DNA of 64,000 bases, from the NCBI GenBank assembly GCA_013265495.1, contig MU057801.1, positions 1,481,879 to 1,545,878 on the forward strand, read 5' to 3'. The notes under the pieces were generated by a model. That model was not told the origin of the DNA and did no database searches. It saw only the letters and a program-made list of their open reading frames with translations. The translations under genes and the position numbers were made by a program. This stretch comes from Vicugna vicugna. Lineage: Eukaryota. Positions 22,721 through 35,279 of this stretch are shown here, piece after piece; position 1 is the stretch's first letter, and each line of letters begins with the position of its first letter.

Positions 22721-23790
22721 TCTACACCCGGATGAAATTATAGACAGACTTCTAGAATTCAGTGATGGCCCACATGGTGCAGAAAAGTAGAATTTGAGTG
22801 GAACATCGTCTCGTGTGGTGACGAGTGTACTAGTGACATGTCCGTTTATGAGAAACAGACCTGGCAAACAAAGTGCCCCCACGTCCAGCTCACTGCCCTC
22901 CACGGGTCGGAGCTAGGACATCTGTCCCTGAATTGACTGACACACACAATGGAGTTAGTGTGACTTTAAGGAAATTATGGTTTTTAGTTTAAACCGTGCA
23001 TTTCATTCCTGTTAGTGCTAAAAGCCCCAGCCCAAGCACTTCCCGCCCCAAACGAAGTGCAACTTTCACTGCTGCCCTCCTGGTCTGTCTCCTATCACGG
23101 CCTCGGGGCTCCGTCGTGCTGAATCAGAGAGGGGCTGGGACAGGCCTTCTGCCTGCAGGCACCTCCCACCGGGCGTCCCTGGGAGGGGAGGAGACGACAC
23201 TCACTTTCCTGGCATCGTGTGAAGACTGAAGAGATTTTTAAAAATCCTGTCATATCATCTAAGTCACCAAACCTCTCCCGAGAGCCCCAGAACTGGAGCA
23301 GCCGCACAGCAAATCAGATAAACGCTGGGTGCCCGTGGGGGAAGCACAAGTCTAAACCACAGCTCCGTGTGTGTTCTATTTAAATGGTTGATTTCTTACC
23401 GCTTGTATGTAGAACCTAAAAAAGAGACACAAATGAACCGCTTATTTATAACTCAGATGACCAGTCTCTTGGCTGTGGTGAGCACGCGTGGCTGTCCTTC
23501 GTGGCGGGATCGCTGCATCCTGCCGATTCTTATTTTCTGTTCGGCCTTTTTTTTTTTTTTGATAATTATATAAGTTTAAAAAGCGAAAGCTCTGACCTGT
23601 TCTTAGGAACAATGACCAGGACATATATGTAAATTTTAAAATGGTTTTTATGTCTCAGTGAGTCAATCTTCTTAGAACAAACTTTGTTTAAAAAATAGTG
23701 ATTTCCTGTGACTGTTTAGAAACTGCCAGTTATTTTTAAAAAATCAAGTAATTTGAAGCCATTTTGAACTATTGACTTTCCCAAGGCAGG

Positions 23791-23951
23791 TTTTTTAAGT
23801 GATTTATTTATTTATCTAGGGGGTTTTTGGTGGAGGAAGGGGGAGGTAATTATGTTTATTTACCTCTTTATTTTTAGAGGCGGTGCTGGAGTTGCCCCCA
23901 GGACGTCGTGCGCGCTGGGCACACTCGCTGCCCCTGAGCTGTGCCTCCCCC
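23791..23951 (-). mobile_element. tRNA-derived SINE, Vic-1-like (camelid), GC-shifted
   Basis: Reverse complement GGGGAGGCACAGCTCAGGGGCAGCGAGTGTGCCCAGCGCGCACGACGTCCTGGGGGCAACTCCAGCACC + A-rich TAAATAAACATAATTACCTCCCCC tail. Confidence 0.8.
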
Positions 23952-24959
23952 CGTGCAGGCCCTGCTACCGCGCGTTGGAAAGACCCCGGCGGCCTGTCGT
24001 GTCACTGCGTCCTGCAGCTCCCCTGACTCAGGACCCCTTTGCCATGTTTGGAGCTTCAGCCTCACACCTGCTCTGTCCTTACTCCTTTAATTCTTGCTTG
24101 TTTATATTTTCTGGACAAATAAACTTCTCCAGATAGGCCGCCAAGGACCCCAGTGCACACGGCATCCTGCCTCAGGCTCTCACAGACGCCCGGGATGCAG
24201 ACACGGGCGTCACGGCTACTGGCCCTGCGGGGTGGTGGCTGTCGCCACGGACGGGAGGGAATCTGGACATTCCTCTGACGGTTGGCCCTTCCCAGCCCCT
24301 CCCTGGTTGGGATTTGGTCATCCTGCACCGTCCTGTCAGCCCAAGCCCCCCCGGTCTCCGCTGCCGGTGGACACCCAATGTCCAGCACATAGAACTACAA
24401 CTTCGTGCTAAGAAGGCGAGAAAGCCTCAAAAATCATCAGCCCACCTTTCAAGTAGCTGGATGGAGTTGGACTTAGGAGGGAACCTCGTGGTTTGCCCGG
24501 AGCCCGATCACCGTGCTCAGCTGTGGAACAGGGTCCCCTTAGGGGCAGGTCGTGGCTAGTCAGGCAAAGTAGGTGGTCAAGAACATTCTAAACTCAAGAA
24601 GGCCAGAAATATGGTCAGCTCCCGGTGGATGCGAAGGTGTGGAAGGCTGGTCCTGGAGCTCCTCCAGGGCGCGTGTCCTGGCCGTGATGAAACCTGGTGG
24701 CAGAGCAGGTGGGGTTAGACCCAGGAGGTCCTGCTGAGCCCCTTAAATCGGAGGCTGCCTCTCCCATGCGGGAGGAGGGTGCTGAAGATGGCCTGCCGGA
24801 CCCGCCCTCATCCTGCCCGTCCGCAGTCCTGCCCACTGGTCCCGTCCCACTGGCCAGCCTGCCCTTCTAGAATCTCAGATGCAGCTACCAAAGCCCCTCA
24901 GTTCTCTCCCTCCAGACCCCCACTGCGTCCCCCTACCTTATGCCACCTCCTTCCAGCAG

Positions 24960-25085
24960 TCTCTCTCCATTCCCACCAAATCCCAGGCGGCCACCAGCAT
25001 CACCTTCCTGCCCTGGCTCCCTGTTGCCTATAGAATAAAGTACCAACTTCTGGATGCCCCACCAGCCTTCTTCACGCATCCTTAA
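24960..25085 (+). mobile_element. L2 fragment (appears to continue at 25880-26130 after an L1 insertion)
   Basis: TGGCTCCCTGTTGCCTATAGAATAAAGTACCAACTTCT is an L2 motif. Confidence 0.55.
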
Positions 25086-25149
25086 CCTGACACACTGACT
25101 GAATTTCTCTCTCTCCCTTCCTTCCTTCCCTCCTTTCCTTTTTACCAGG

Positions 25150-25880
25150 CGACTGTTTGAAGCACAGTTGGTTTACGATGCTGTGCTGGTCTCCGGTGTG
25201 CAGCACAGCGACCCGGCGTTTTTGCAGATGATGTCGCCGTGGGGGTTACCGGAAGACAGCAAGTGCAGTTCCTGTGCTAGACAGTGAGTCCCTGCTGCTC
25301 ACCTCTTTCACATGGAGTGGCTTGTGTCTCTTAATCCCTTATTCATGGCTTGCTCTCCACCCTCTTCCCGCTTTGGTAACCACAAGTATGTTTCTATGTC
25401 TGTGAGTGTTTCTGTTTTGCTATATGCATTCATTTGTGTAATTTTTTAGAGTCCATATGTAAGTGGTCTCATACAGAACCTGCCTTTCCCTGGCGGACAC
25501 TTCACTAAGCACAGTGCTATCCGGGTCCACCCGTGTGGCTGCGAGGGGCGGGGTTCCGTTCTTCCCCGTGGCTGAGCGGCGTTGCAGTGCACGGGCACAC
25601 AGCGCACCTTCTTAGCCAGTCCTCTGCAGACGGACACTCAGGTGGCTTCCACGCCTTGGCTGCAGTGAACGGTGCTGCTATGAGCACGAGTGCACGTGTC
25701 TTTTCGAATCAGCGTTTTCATTTTTTCCAGATGTAGCCCCGAGAGTGCAATTGCTGGGTCATACGGCCGTTCTATTTTGAGTGTTTTGGGGAACCTTTGT
25801 ACTGTCCTCCACAGAGGCCGCACCAGGCTACAGTGCCCCCAGCAGTGGATTAGGTCCCCTTCCTCCGCACCCTCCCCAGC
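25150..25880 (-). mobile_element. LINE-1 ORF2 C-terminus plus 3' UTR, strongly GC-shifted
   Basis: ORF 25638-25823 (-) PLWRTVQRFPKTLKIERPYDPAIALSG aligns to the L1 ORF2p segment in 8994-9380. Confidence 0.92.
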
Positions 25881-26667
25881 TCATCTTTATTCTCTGAGGA
25901 GTCTGCACTCTGATGCCCCTGGACCTCTGTGAGTGCAGCTCTCTGTGCCTGGAGCGCTCCCCTCTTCCTCCTTTTCAGAGACCACAGACTTCACGTGCGT
26001 CAAGACGTCCACTTGCTGCTCCCTTCCGTGCGATGCCTCCTCCGAGGCCGTCAGCTGGGGATCATCGATGTCCTTTCCTCATTCTAAGCTGGCCACGAGG
26101 TGTCTGTTGGAGCCGTGTGTGATTTATCTTCTTCCTTCAGACAGACGACATTTTGATTCCCCGTGCCTCGGTATTCCAGACACAAGCTTGCATTCACACA
26201 CTTACAAGAAAATTCTAAGCCCTTCCTTGTTTGTTCCTGCTTTTGATGCCACCTAGAAGCTCCCTTTGGGAGATACATGTTCCCCCGGGTGGCGCTATGG
26301 TGGCCTAATGAGACTCAGACTTTCCCCTTCTTGGAATTACCACGTCATCCCAAGATGAGGAGGGTCTGGACCTTAGGTCGCTTTGCTTGGTCCCTGAGCA
26401 GCCCTTCCTGGCTGCAGATCCTAGGGCCATTTGACTTTCTTATAATTATGGGAAAATCGTATTATGATTCTGTCATCAAAATTATGAGAGGAACAAGACA
26501 CTATTTTTGGTTTATCATAAAACCCGGTTGGTTCTGAATTGATCTATATCTAGTTGCTCATGCAAATTGATCCTATTTTAAGACTATTAACTTATTTTTC
26601 CTTAATTCAATTCATTTCTAGAGAACGATTAGGCCTACCCATTAGCTGATAAGATAAAAAAAAACCT

Positions 26668-26870
26668 CTTTTCCTTGTGGAAATATTAAAACACATATGA
26701 AAATAGAGACAGCAGGACAGTGAACCCCCGCACAGCCATCAGGCAGCTTTATCACGCGTCCCCCGGGCTATTTTGAGCTAATCTCAGATACCTTTTCATC
26801 TGTAAATATTTTGCCATGTTTTTCTAATCCATAAGAAAACTTAAAAAAACCCCACAATACCAAACTCAGG
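26668..26870 (-). mobile_element. L1MC-like 3' fragment
   Basis: GGAAATATTAAAACACATATGAAAATAGAGA...AGTGAACCCCC...TATTTTGAGCTAATCTCAGA...TTTCATCTGTAAATATTT. Confidence 0.65.
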
Positions 26871-27169
26871 TACATTAATAGGTTCCTATTCTTAGAGGTG
26901 AGCTCCTTGCGAGATGAGGCTGCGACGCCCTCGTCGGGAACGTGCCTGCTATTCCCAGACTCCTGCCCACAGAAGGCCCCCAGCTCCTTGCGGGCGGCGG
27001 GCCACTCAGCTGAGTGACGCTCGGGTCGCGGCTGGCCGGGTTACCAGCCAGCCCTGCAGAAGCCGGCCGGGCCTTGTTGGCTTCTGACTCGTCTCTGACA
27101 GACGGCCAGCACTCCGCCATTCCCGGACAGTCTCCCAACACAAGGCAGCAGTGAAGGGACCCCACTTTG

Positions 27170-27365
27170 AGGTTAGATTGGCGGGGACCTCGACCTGCCA
27201 ACACCAGCTCCAGCTGTTTACCTTTTCCAGGCCCAGTTTTCTCGCTGGAAGAACGGAGCTCACATTCACGTACGTCTGCCTCGCAGGGCTCTGTGTGGAC
27301 CACGTGAGGCAGAGAAACACAAGGCAGCGCTGGGGACCCAGTGAGGGCTCTGTAAATATTCTCTG
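27170..27365 (+). mobile_element. MIR, GC-shifted
   Basis: GGCCCAGTTTTCTCGCTGGAAGAACGGAG...CTGCCTCGCAGGGCTCTGTGTGGACC...CAGTGAGGGCTCTGTAAATATT follows MIR core-to-tail order. Confidence 0.55.
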
Positions 27366-28793
27366 CTCTGGTTTTCATGCCTGCAAAGTCCTAATTTCCT
27401 CCTTTTTCAATTTAAAGGCTGGAAGAAGATTGAGAATGACAACAGGCAAATCATAAAATGACACGGGACCGTTTAGAAAAGTGGGAGGTATTTATGTCTG
27501 AAGTCAGCGCTGTACAAACATCCATGCGAGCCAGCGACCTTGTATGTTCTCCAAGCATTTCGCGGAAGCACAGGGGATCCTGCTGGGACGTGGTCTCGCC
27601 AAAGCCCCTTGAGTCCCAGGACGGTCTTTGCTAAAGCTCTTTTCTCTGTGGCCCCAGACGCGCTCCGCCAGAAAGCTGCCTCCGAGTAATCTCTCTGATC
27701 AGGCCACCGAGTGTCACCCCAGAGAAACGGCACCCAGAGCGGAGCCTCCAACTCGCAGCAGCTCTCCTTGTGCCTCTGGCTCCGACCAGAGAAGCTTTCG
27801 TTGCGAACGTGGGAGGAAGGCAGAGCTCTGCAGAAACCACACTTGAGTCCGCGGCAGGGTGGAAGGGGCAGCAGCCATCGGGCCCGTTTCCAGATTTCCC
27901 TCTGGCCCGGATCATCTGGATTTACATTCAACCACTGGGACAGTTCATCCAAAAGCTGTTAAGACGACTTGGGTTTCACACAGAGCTATAAAAACACTGT
28001 CCGATGCCTGATGGCTGTATTTCCCATGGAGCCTTGTTGTGGGGGGGGTGCGGCACACTTGCATCCCAGTCGTGGAGCTGTGGGGGGCCCTGATGGAAAA
28101 ATACCCAAGTCTTTCCACCACGAGAGGAGAGTGACCAAGGACAGCCCCCTCCTCCCCCCACATTCACCCAAAAGTTCTTCTGCTGTCGAGTCACCAGTAG
28201 GTTCTCAATGTGAGAGATAAGGAACAATCTCTCTTCAAATGCGGGCAGAACCCTTCTGTTCACAGGAGACACCAGGTGAAGCCCGTTGATAAAGCCACGG
28301 ATGGAGCTGAGGACATGGCAGGCTCCTTCCATCAGAGACCAAGCAATTCCTGCCATCCTCAGCTTCTGGCCAGGGGATCGGTCAGACGCCAGCTACATGA
28401 CGCTGTGCAACACACCTTACTGAGGTCGCGGCAACCTGAACAAAAAGGATGAGTTTCTTCTTCATCGTGGGACCGCAGGTCTGTGAGAGGAGCTCGGCTT
28501 TGAGCCGGTGGGCTCAGGCGCCTCCGTCTGCCTCTGTCCTGGGACCGGGGCTGCCCCAGGGCACAGTCCCCTCCCGGTTGCTGTGGAAGCTGAAGAAGGG
28601 TGTGGAGGAACATGTGCTGTTTGCTGGGAGCCGGGCTCTGGACCGCAGACGTCGGTCAAGCCCGCCCCAGCTGGGTGAGGAAGTGAAGCCCGCTCACCTA
28701 GTGAGGCTGGGGAGGACGCCGGGGTTGGAAGCGGGGCTGACCAAGCAGGAGGGTCAAGGTGAAGCTGACTTTCCTGGAAGCTTGGGTGGCCTT

Positions 28794-28820
28794 GCCCAGC
28801 CCAGCCCAGCCCAGCCCAGC
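28794..28820. repeat. (GCCCA)5 pentanucleotide repeat
   Basis: GCCCAGCCCAGCCCAGCCCAGCCCAGC. Confidence 0.9.
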
Positions 28821-29242
28821 GGCCCACCTTGGAGGCATGCCAGTTCACACAGCCTGAGGTGCAGCCTTTAAGACTCTGAAAAACTTCCTCGGGAAATGGC
28901 AGTGCTCTGTGCACCTCCCCACTCCCATCCCAGGGTGGAAACAGTGCCCTCCGGCTCCGCCACACAGCTCTCACGGGGAGGTGGCGCTCCTACTTCCCAG
29001 ATGAGACAGTGGGGACTCGGGGAACCCCCCCCCCCAGCAGAGGCCCACAGCAATCGACAGCTGGGTCAGGAGTCCCGCTGCCACCAGAGTTTGAGCCCAA
29101 AGTCTTTGCTCTTCCCACCACATGGCTTATGGATAGTGGAGCATCCGTTTTGGGGGAATGTGGTACTCCCGGAATCTCAGCCTCAGCAGGGTCCTCTCAC
29201 CTAACATAGCTGAAATTTCATGTGCTAATTTCTTTGTTATCT

Positions 29243-29335
29243 CCTTTAGGCAAGAGCTGTGTCTTCTAAGAATTTTAATTCTCCAAAGTAATTGGCATGG
29301 TACTGGATGATAGTAGATACTCCAAAAATTATTGT
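29243..29335 (+). mobile_element. L2 3' end fragment
   Basis: AGGCAAGAGCTGTGTCTT...GGCATGGTACTGGATGATAGTAGATACTCCAAAAATTATTG. Confidence 0.55.
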
Positions 29336-30439
29336 TTTTAAAAAAGAAATGGTAGCACAGCACCCCCTCCCCTGCATCACAGACCCAAACAGGGTGGTGC
29401 TTGAGATGAGCTGCTGCTTGGTTGTCAGAGGGCCTTTGGACTGCCCACATCCGCGTCCTCTTCTTGGGCTGTGAACGTCAAAGGGTGGAGGATCATGGGG
29501 AAACTTAGGTTCAGAATCACATTCGAAGAAAGGCAAGCATCCAATCAGGTCTCTGTTCACAACAAACACATTCCTTGACTTTACCTCCTCTGGTTAAGAT
29601 TTCACTGACCCTTTCTAAGGTCCCAGTTTCCACTTAATCTCTGTGCCAGTCCAGGTAGCAGGCCTGAGTCCCTAGCCTTCCCCTTCCTCCCAGTGGTCAC
29701 CCTTTGAAGTCCCCGGGAAAGCCCGCACAGAAGGAAGCCATCAGGAGCAACCTCTCCCACCCATCATAAATTAGAATGCCAAGAGGGCCCTTTCAGCGCC
29801 GCAGCCGCTCGCGCTGACTGCTGGCAGGGCCTTCCCACTGATGACGGGTCCCCAGAGAGTCCTCTCTGCACAGCTCATTGCTGGTGGCAGCAATATTACC
29901 GTTTGGACTTCTGAAATGATTTTCATAGAGCGCACGGTTGCCTGAGGCAGGGACTCTGGAGGCGGCATTTCAGCCGCCGCCGCCCCCAGCCTCCGCCCCC
30001 AGCCTGCCCCTCCTCTGCCCAGGAGGGGCTGGGGGCCAGCTTGGGGGTCGGGGGTGAGGCTCGGTGCTTTTCTCCCTTGAACCAGGAACCTCACAACCTA
30101 GGTGCAGGCTCACACCTCTAGAGCCCTTTTCGACTTTGCCTTTGGTGCTGCCGTTCAGGGCTTGCATTTACTTCTAAATCTCAAAAGAAGCGTGTTGAGT
30201 TTTCTGAAAAGTGTGAAGTTGACATTTGTTATAATGATGAGCTGCGCTTCCTTAAGAATCTCACACGTCAGTGCACAGACATTATTTTAGATGAAATATG
30301 CTTCTGTGAATAGAAAAAACTTGTTTTTATAGCTCTCTGATTGGAGCAGGGTGGTTTCCAGGATGTGGAACACTAAGTAGGCGTTTGGTCATCTCATTCC
30401 CGGGTTGAATGTGGACAGAGGGTGCTGGAAAGAAGCTAC

Positions 30440-30555
30440 ACTCAGAGAGTGGAAGTCTGGCTTCTAAACCCAAACGTGCTTTGGGGAATTAGCTACTTCC
30501 TGAGTCTCAGTTTCCCCATTTGGAGAAAGTCTTTGAGACCAGCCTTGTAGGATGG
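30440..30555 (+). mobile_element. MIR fragment
   Basis: CTTCCTGAGTCTCAGTTTCCCCATTTGGAGAA core. Confidence 0.6.
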
Positions 30556-30919
30556 AAGGCAGGGCTGGAGAGAAACACAGATGCTGGCGACAAAAAGTTC
30601 TTGTCAGAGGAAACGGAAAATCAAAGAACGTGAAGCCGGGCTAAGAACCAGGGGCCGAGCAGGGAGGCGGGCCAGTCGGTCACGAGGGCCCTGCTACCTG
30701 GAATGGCTGGGGAGCAGAGACCTGACGTTCTCCGGCTGTGGTTTGGACAGGATCACTTAGGACCTCAAGGGGAGCAAGGCTGGGAAGTAGCAAGAAAGCT
30801 CTCGAGGCCGTTTTATGTAGATTTTGTCTACATCTCCCACGTGTGGAAAATCCTCTAGTTCCATCCATCCCAGCGGCCATGAACAGGGAAGCCAGCACAT
30901 TCACGTGCTGAAGCACTGG

Positions 30920-31180
30920 CCCCAGCGTGATGGTATTTAGATGCGGGGTCTTTGGGAGAGAATTGGGTCTGGATGGGGTCTTGAGGGTGGAGCCCCTATG
31001 ACGAGATTAGTGCCCTTTAAGAAGGGGAAGAGACACCAGAGCTCTCCCTCCATGCCTTGCGCGGCCACGGGGAGAAGGCGGCCGCTCACCAGCGCGGGAG
31101 CTGACCCAGCTGGCGCCCTCCTCCCGGCCTCCGGCCTCAGGGCGATGCTGGATACACGCTTCTTAACCACAACCGCCCGT
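30920..31180 (+). mobile_element. MaLR LTR (MLT1A/MST-like) fragment, 3' half GC-shifted
   Basis: GTGATGGTATTTAGATGCGGGGTCTTTGGGAG...GAGGGTGGAGCCCCTATGACGAGATTAGTGCCCTTTAAGAAGGGGAAGAGACACCAGAGC. Confidence 0.8.
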
Positions 31181-33184
31181 TTCCTCGCTTCACCCCAGGT
31201 TAATCAACTTGTTTCAAAACCCACCAACGTTCAGGGCTTTCCGAGAACTTATGACACGTGCCATTGAACTTCTGACAGGCAACGTCTAGTTTTAAACCTT
31301 AGTTAAGAGGAAAAATGTTGCTGTTCTGTGGCCAACAGATAATTGGTATACATGAGCGAGTTTGCCTTTGAATATATATGTTATTTCAATATATATTCAT
31401 ATCATTTCATAAAATGAATTTTATTTTTTGAATATATACATGTATGATTTCATGAATGGCTCTTTATTTGATTTTTAAAGTACTGAGAACATTGCAAAAA
31501 AACCCCGATTTAACCGATTTTTCAGGATCACGAAGAGGCTAAAGGAACTTTGCTTTTCAAGCCCAATGGCTGTCTGAGACAGTTTAGACACTTTCCCTGT
31601 TACTTTCCTGATGTCCCTTTGAGGTAAGAAGGTGGACACTGCAATTTCTTCTTTTCTACTGAATATAAAACGAAACAAAAAGTGTGGCACATTGCCTTTG
31701 TGACCCAGATTCCGCGTGGATGCTGCCCTGACAGCAGAGGGAACCATCTAAGGGTGGACCACATGGCACTTTGCGACCCTTTCACCGTGTCGGCTGAGCT
31801 CTTCTTGGATACTGTGAGATGCAATCTATTATTTATTAACGTTAACCTTCTAAAATAGTTTCTTAGTGTTCTAGGAACAAAAAGGTACAGTATTGTATTA
31901 ATTAAAAAGCGGACAGAAAACCTCATTGTGTCCCAGCAAGAACCTTTAACCCTGGTTGTGGATATTCTGCAGTGTCAATCTGAAATTTTGTCTTGGGCTA
32001 GATGTATATGAATAAGTAAATAAAGAAAAAATGTAAAGCAAACGAATGGCCAGAAAAAGGGAAATGCAGGAGGGAGAGTTACTTGGCATTGCACAGGGTT
32101 TCAGAAACACTGGTTTTAGATGCAGAAGTGCACGGCCCCCAACTGAAACTGATTTGCGTGTGGAGCTTTACTGCTGATAACGGTCCACACAATCTGCTCA
32201 AGTATCTGAAGCTGTAGATGCGTTTGCTCTGTTTTCAACAGGCATAACTTATTTGCAGATGGTTAAAAAATACCAGAAAAATTGCAAGAATGCTCCTTTT
32301 TAGTTCTGCAGATACTGCGTCCTTTTAAAGCATCAAGGATGCTTAATTTAAATTTTTGGAAGAATAGAGGAGGCCTGAAGATTTCTGAACTCGCACAAAC
32401 GCAGACCACAGCGGGGCGGGTCAGCCTTAGGACAACGGTGGCCTGTGTGCCAAGTCAGTGCAAGAGCTGTTCTTTTTTGAACAAAAACAACAACAAAACC
32501 CCTCCAAACTGAAAGGGGAGGGACTGGAAACTTTGCCTTTTTTTTTTTTTAACTAATGTGAGGTTGGAAACATAGTGGTTTTCAAGTGAATTGGCCATGA
32601 CCACACCGACACTTGGATGTGATTGGAGCCAGGGCTGCAGGCAGACGTGAGTTTGGCATCTGAGAGCCCATGTTCAAAACCTTTTCCCCTTCCTCCTCCC
32701 AGCACACTGGGGCTGGCCTTGCCGGGGCACTGCAAACTGATCACAGACACACGTTACCTAAAACACGCTGTCTGGCTTAGTATGGGGTCTGTGAACTTAG
32801 GTTCTGATTTATAAAACGCAATGTTTACCCAGGTTATGTGGCAAGTGCTGAGAAATGTACACTTGCCAGACAGCTGTCAAAGAAGCTGGCTTCTCCCGTG
32901 AAGAGTTCATTAGCCCCAGGCCCACTGACTGAATGAGGAATTCTGTCTTGCCTGGGAGGAAACATAATACCCAAATGTGGGGCTTCAAAGTGAGGAATGA
33001 GGAGGGAGACAGGATCATGAGAAAGCCGAGGTTTCTTGCTAGGACCCAAGGACTAGCTCATGCATCCCCAGGGATGTGCTGCAATTTGTCATTATCTGTT
33101 TACTTCGCTTGTTTAGGCGTGTGTATCTATCTGTTCATCTCATCTCAAAAAGACTGGGAAGCTGCAACAGTGATATGCTATCTT

Positions 33185-33690
33185 TCTAAGCTAATTTCTT
33201 TAATATGCAAAGAGCTCTTATAAATCAATGACATAAATGTTCCCAAAGCATATGAACATGGAAAAAAATACAAGTGGCTTTTAAAAGATTTTCACTTACC
33301 AGTTGGGCAGAGATCTAAACTCTGAAAATAGGCTAAAGGTACTCTGTGATAAGACACAGTGCTGGTGAGATTGGGGGAAAAATGGGTGCTTCCATACACT
33401 GCTAGCTGGAGTGCAAACTTGTACAAGCTTTTGGGGAAAACAATCAGGCAATATCTTCCCAAATTTAAAATATGTGAGTTTCCTTGTGCCAGAAATTCCA
33501 CTGGAATGCTTCCAGCAGGTAAGACTCACATGCACATGTGGTACAGCAGCTACTTCTGGGGTGAGGAAACGGGTGGACGGAAGCCGGGGTAGGAGAGAAA
33601 CTATTTTATTTTCAGTCTGCTATATTGTTTAAGTTTCCTAAATATGTTCCTGTATCACTTAGGCACAGAAAGAAATTTTAAAAGTGTATT
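33185..33690 (+). mobile_element. ancient L1ME-like fragment
   Basis: AAAGAGCTCTTATAAATCAAT; CAGTGCTGGTGAGA...CATACACTGCTAGCTGGAGTGCAAACTTGTACAA...GGCAATATC. Confidence 0.75.
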
Positions 33691-34897
33691 TGTTGAATGA
33701 CCATCAAGTCCCCAAAATAGGAAAAAAAAAAAAAAGGAAATGACCTACAACAAGAACACAGAGGTAGAACTGAATGACAAGAAGTGACACAAAGGCTGAA
33801 GGGAATTCAAGGGCCGGAACACGCGCAGTGGCCAGAGAGGAGCCTGCGTCACGCACGTTGCCTGAGGTGAGCTGGAAGATTTCAGCAGCCGCTGTGGCGT
33901 GCAGGGTCTGCAAGGTGAACAGTGTCACTTGCCGGAAGCATGTCCATCCAGGACCTGAGATCAGAGAGGAGTGTCTCCCGTGGGCTCTCACGGAGGAGGA
34001 GTAAAACATGATGTCCCCCAGCCCCAGCCCAGGGCAAAGCCAACCACATGCTTCCGTAACAGCCCTCCTCCTGGCAGACTGGGTTACTGGCTGGATTCTT
34101 GTTTCCTATTTGTAACGGAGTTTTCCATCCGTGCTCCTGGCCTGAGGACTTAGTGGCACCTCCCTCTAGGGTGGGCACAGGGCACTAGCCACCCTACTCT
34201 CTCACTCTGTCCCTCGTGGAACTCCCTTTGCCAGTGAAACAGGGGCAGCGACGGTGTGAACTGTGTCTACACAGCGTGGTTCAGCTCAGCCTCCGAGCCT
34301 CGGCCTCCACTGTGAGGAGAGGAGGCCCCAGGCAGCTGCTGCTCTGTCAGCCTGTCTCTGGGTGGAGGCCCGTGGGGCAGCCTGGGGCCGTCAGGGAAGC
34401 CTGGAGCCCAACCCGGGTCAGCTGAACCGGCTCTGGGCTGCACATCCGTGTGCAGGAAACACATGTTTGCGCGGGTGAGCCAGTGAGACGTGGGGGCTGC
34501 CTGTGGCTCAGCGTTCTGCACAGACCCCCGGCTGGCGTATCCCTGGAGACGGGATGAAAAGGTTTTTTTCTCCTTTTCTGGGGAATTAGTAGTCATTTAT
34601 GCATTCAACAAAGTACGATGAGAAGGAAGCTTCTCAACTGCTGGAGATGGTGAGAGCTGGCAGGTCCTCTCATAAAAGGATATAAACGTCCCCTAAGACC
34701 GTGGCCCTGCCTGGGGCCCCGTGACAGCACCGCTAGCTAGCGGGGGACGCCACTAGGTCAGTGCTCTGTGAGTCAGCTGCGAAGCAATTTGTTTTATCGC
34801 AAGAAACAGCTCCTCCGCCGCAATCTGGAAGACGCTGCGCCGCTGCCCCTGGGCGCTCGTTGGGAAGATGTGTGGAAACTGGGAGGCACGGCAACGT

Positions 34898-34929
34898 GCA
34901 TGTGTGTGCGCGCGTGTGTGTGTGTGTGT
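34898..34929. repeat. (TG)n/(CG)n alternating purine-pyrimidine tract
   Basis: GCATGTGTGTGCGCGCGTGTGTGTGTGTGTGT. Confidence 0.85.
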
Positions 34930-35279
34930 CCTGGGGGGGTACCTGGGACCAGGCATTCTCTTCACCACCTCTCCAGGCCAGTCTGCCAAGAATCTCGGTG
35001 CTAAAAGTGTGTGAAGTTCAAGGATCGGAGCGCAAGCCCTGTCGGGCTCTCCTCCACCCGCTCCAGGCCGACTCTGGTCCCCAGGGGTGAAGCGGGTGGT
35101 GCTTCAGCTCCAGTCCAGGGTGTGAGCTGAAGGGGGAGTCTGGACGTATTCGTCTCAAGAGGGACCACGAGACCCCTGGAAGCGCAGCCAGAATCCGATC
35201 AGATTGGCTCAAAATAAAGTCTTGGGCAGCATTTTGGCATATTTTCTGTAACTTTTTTTTAGGCTAGAGAAAAAGAGAA

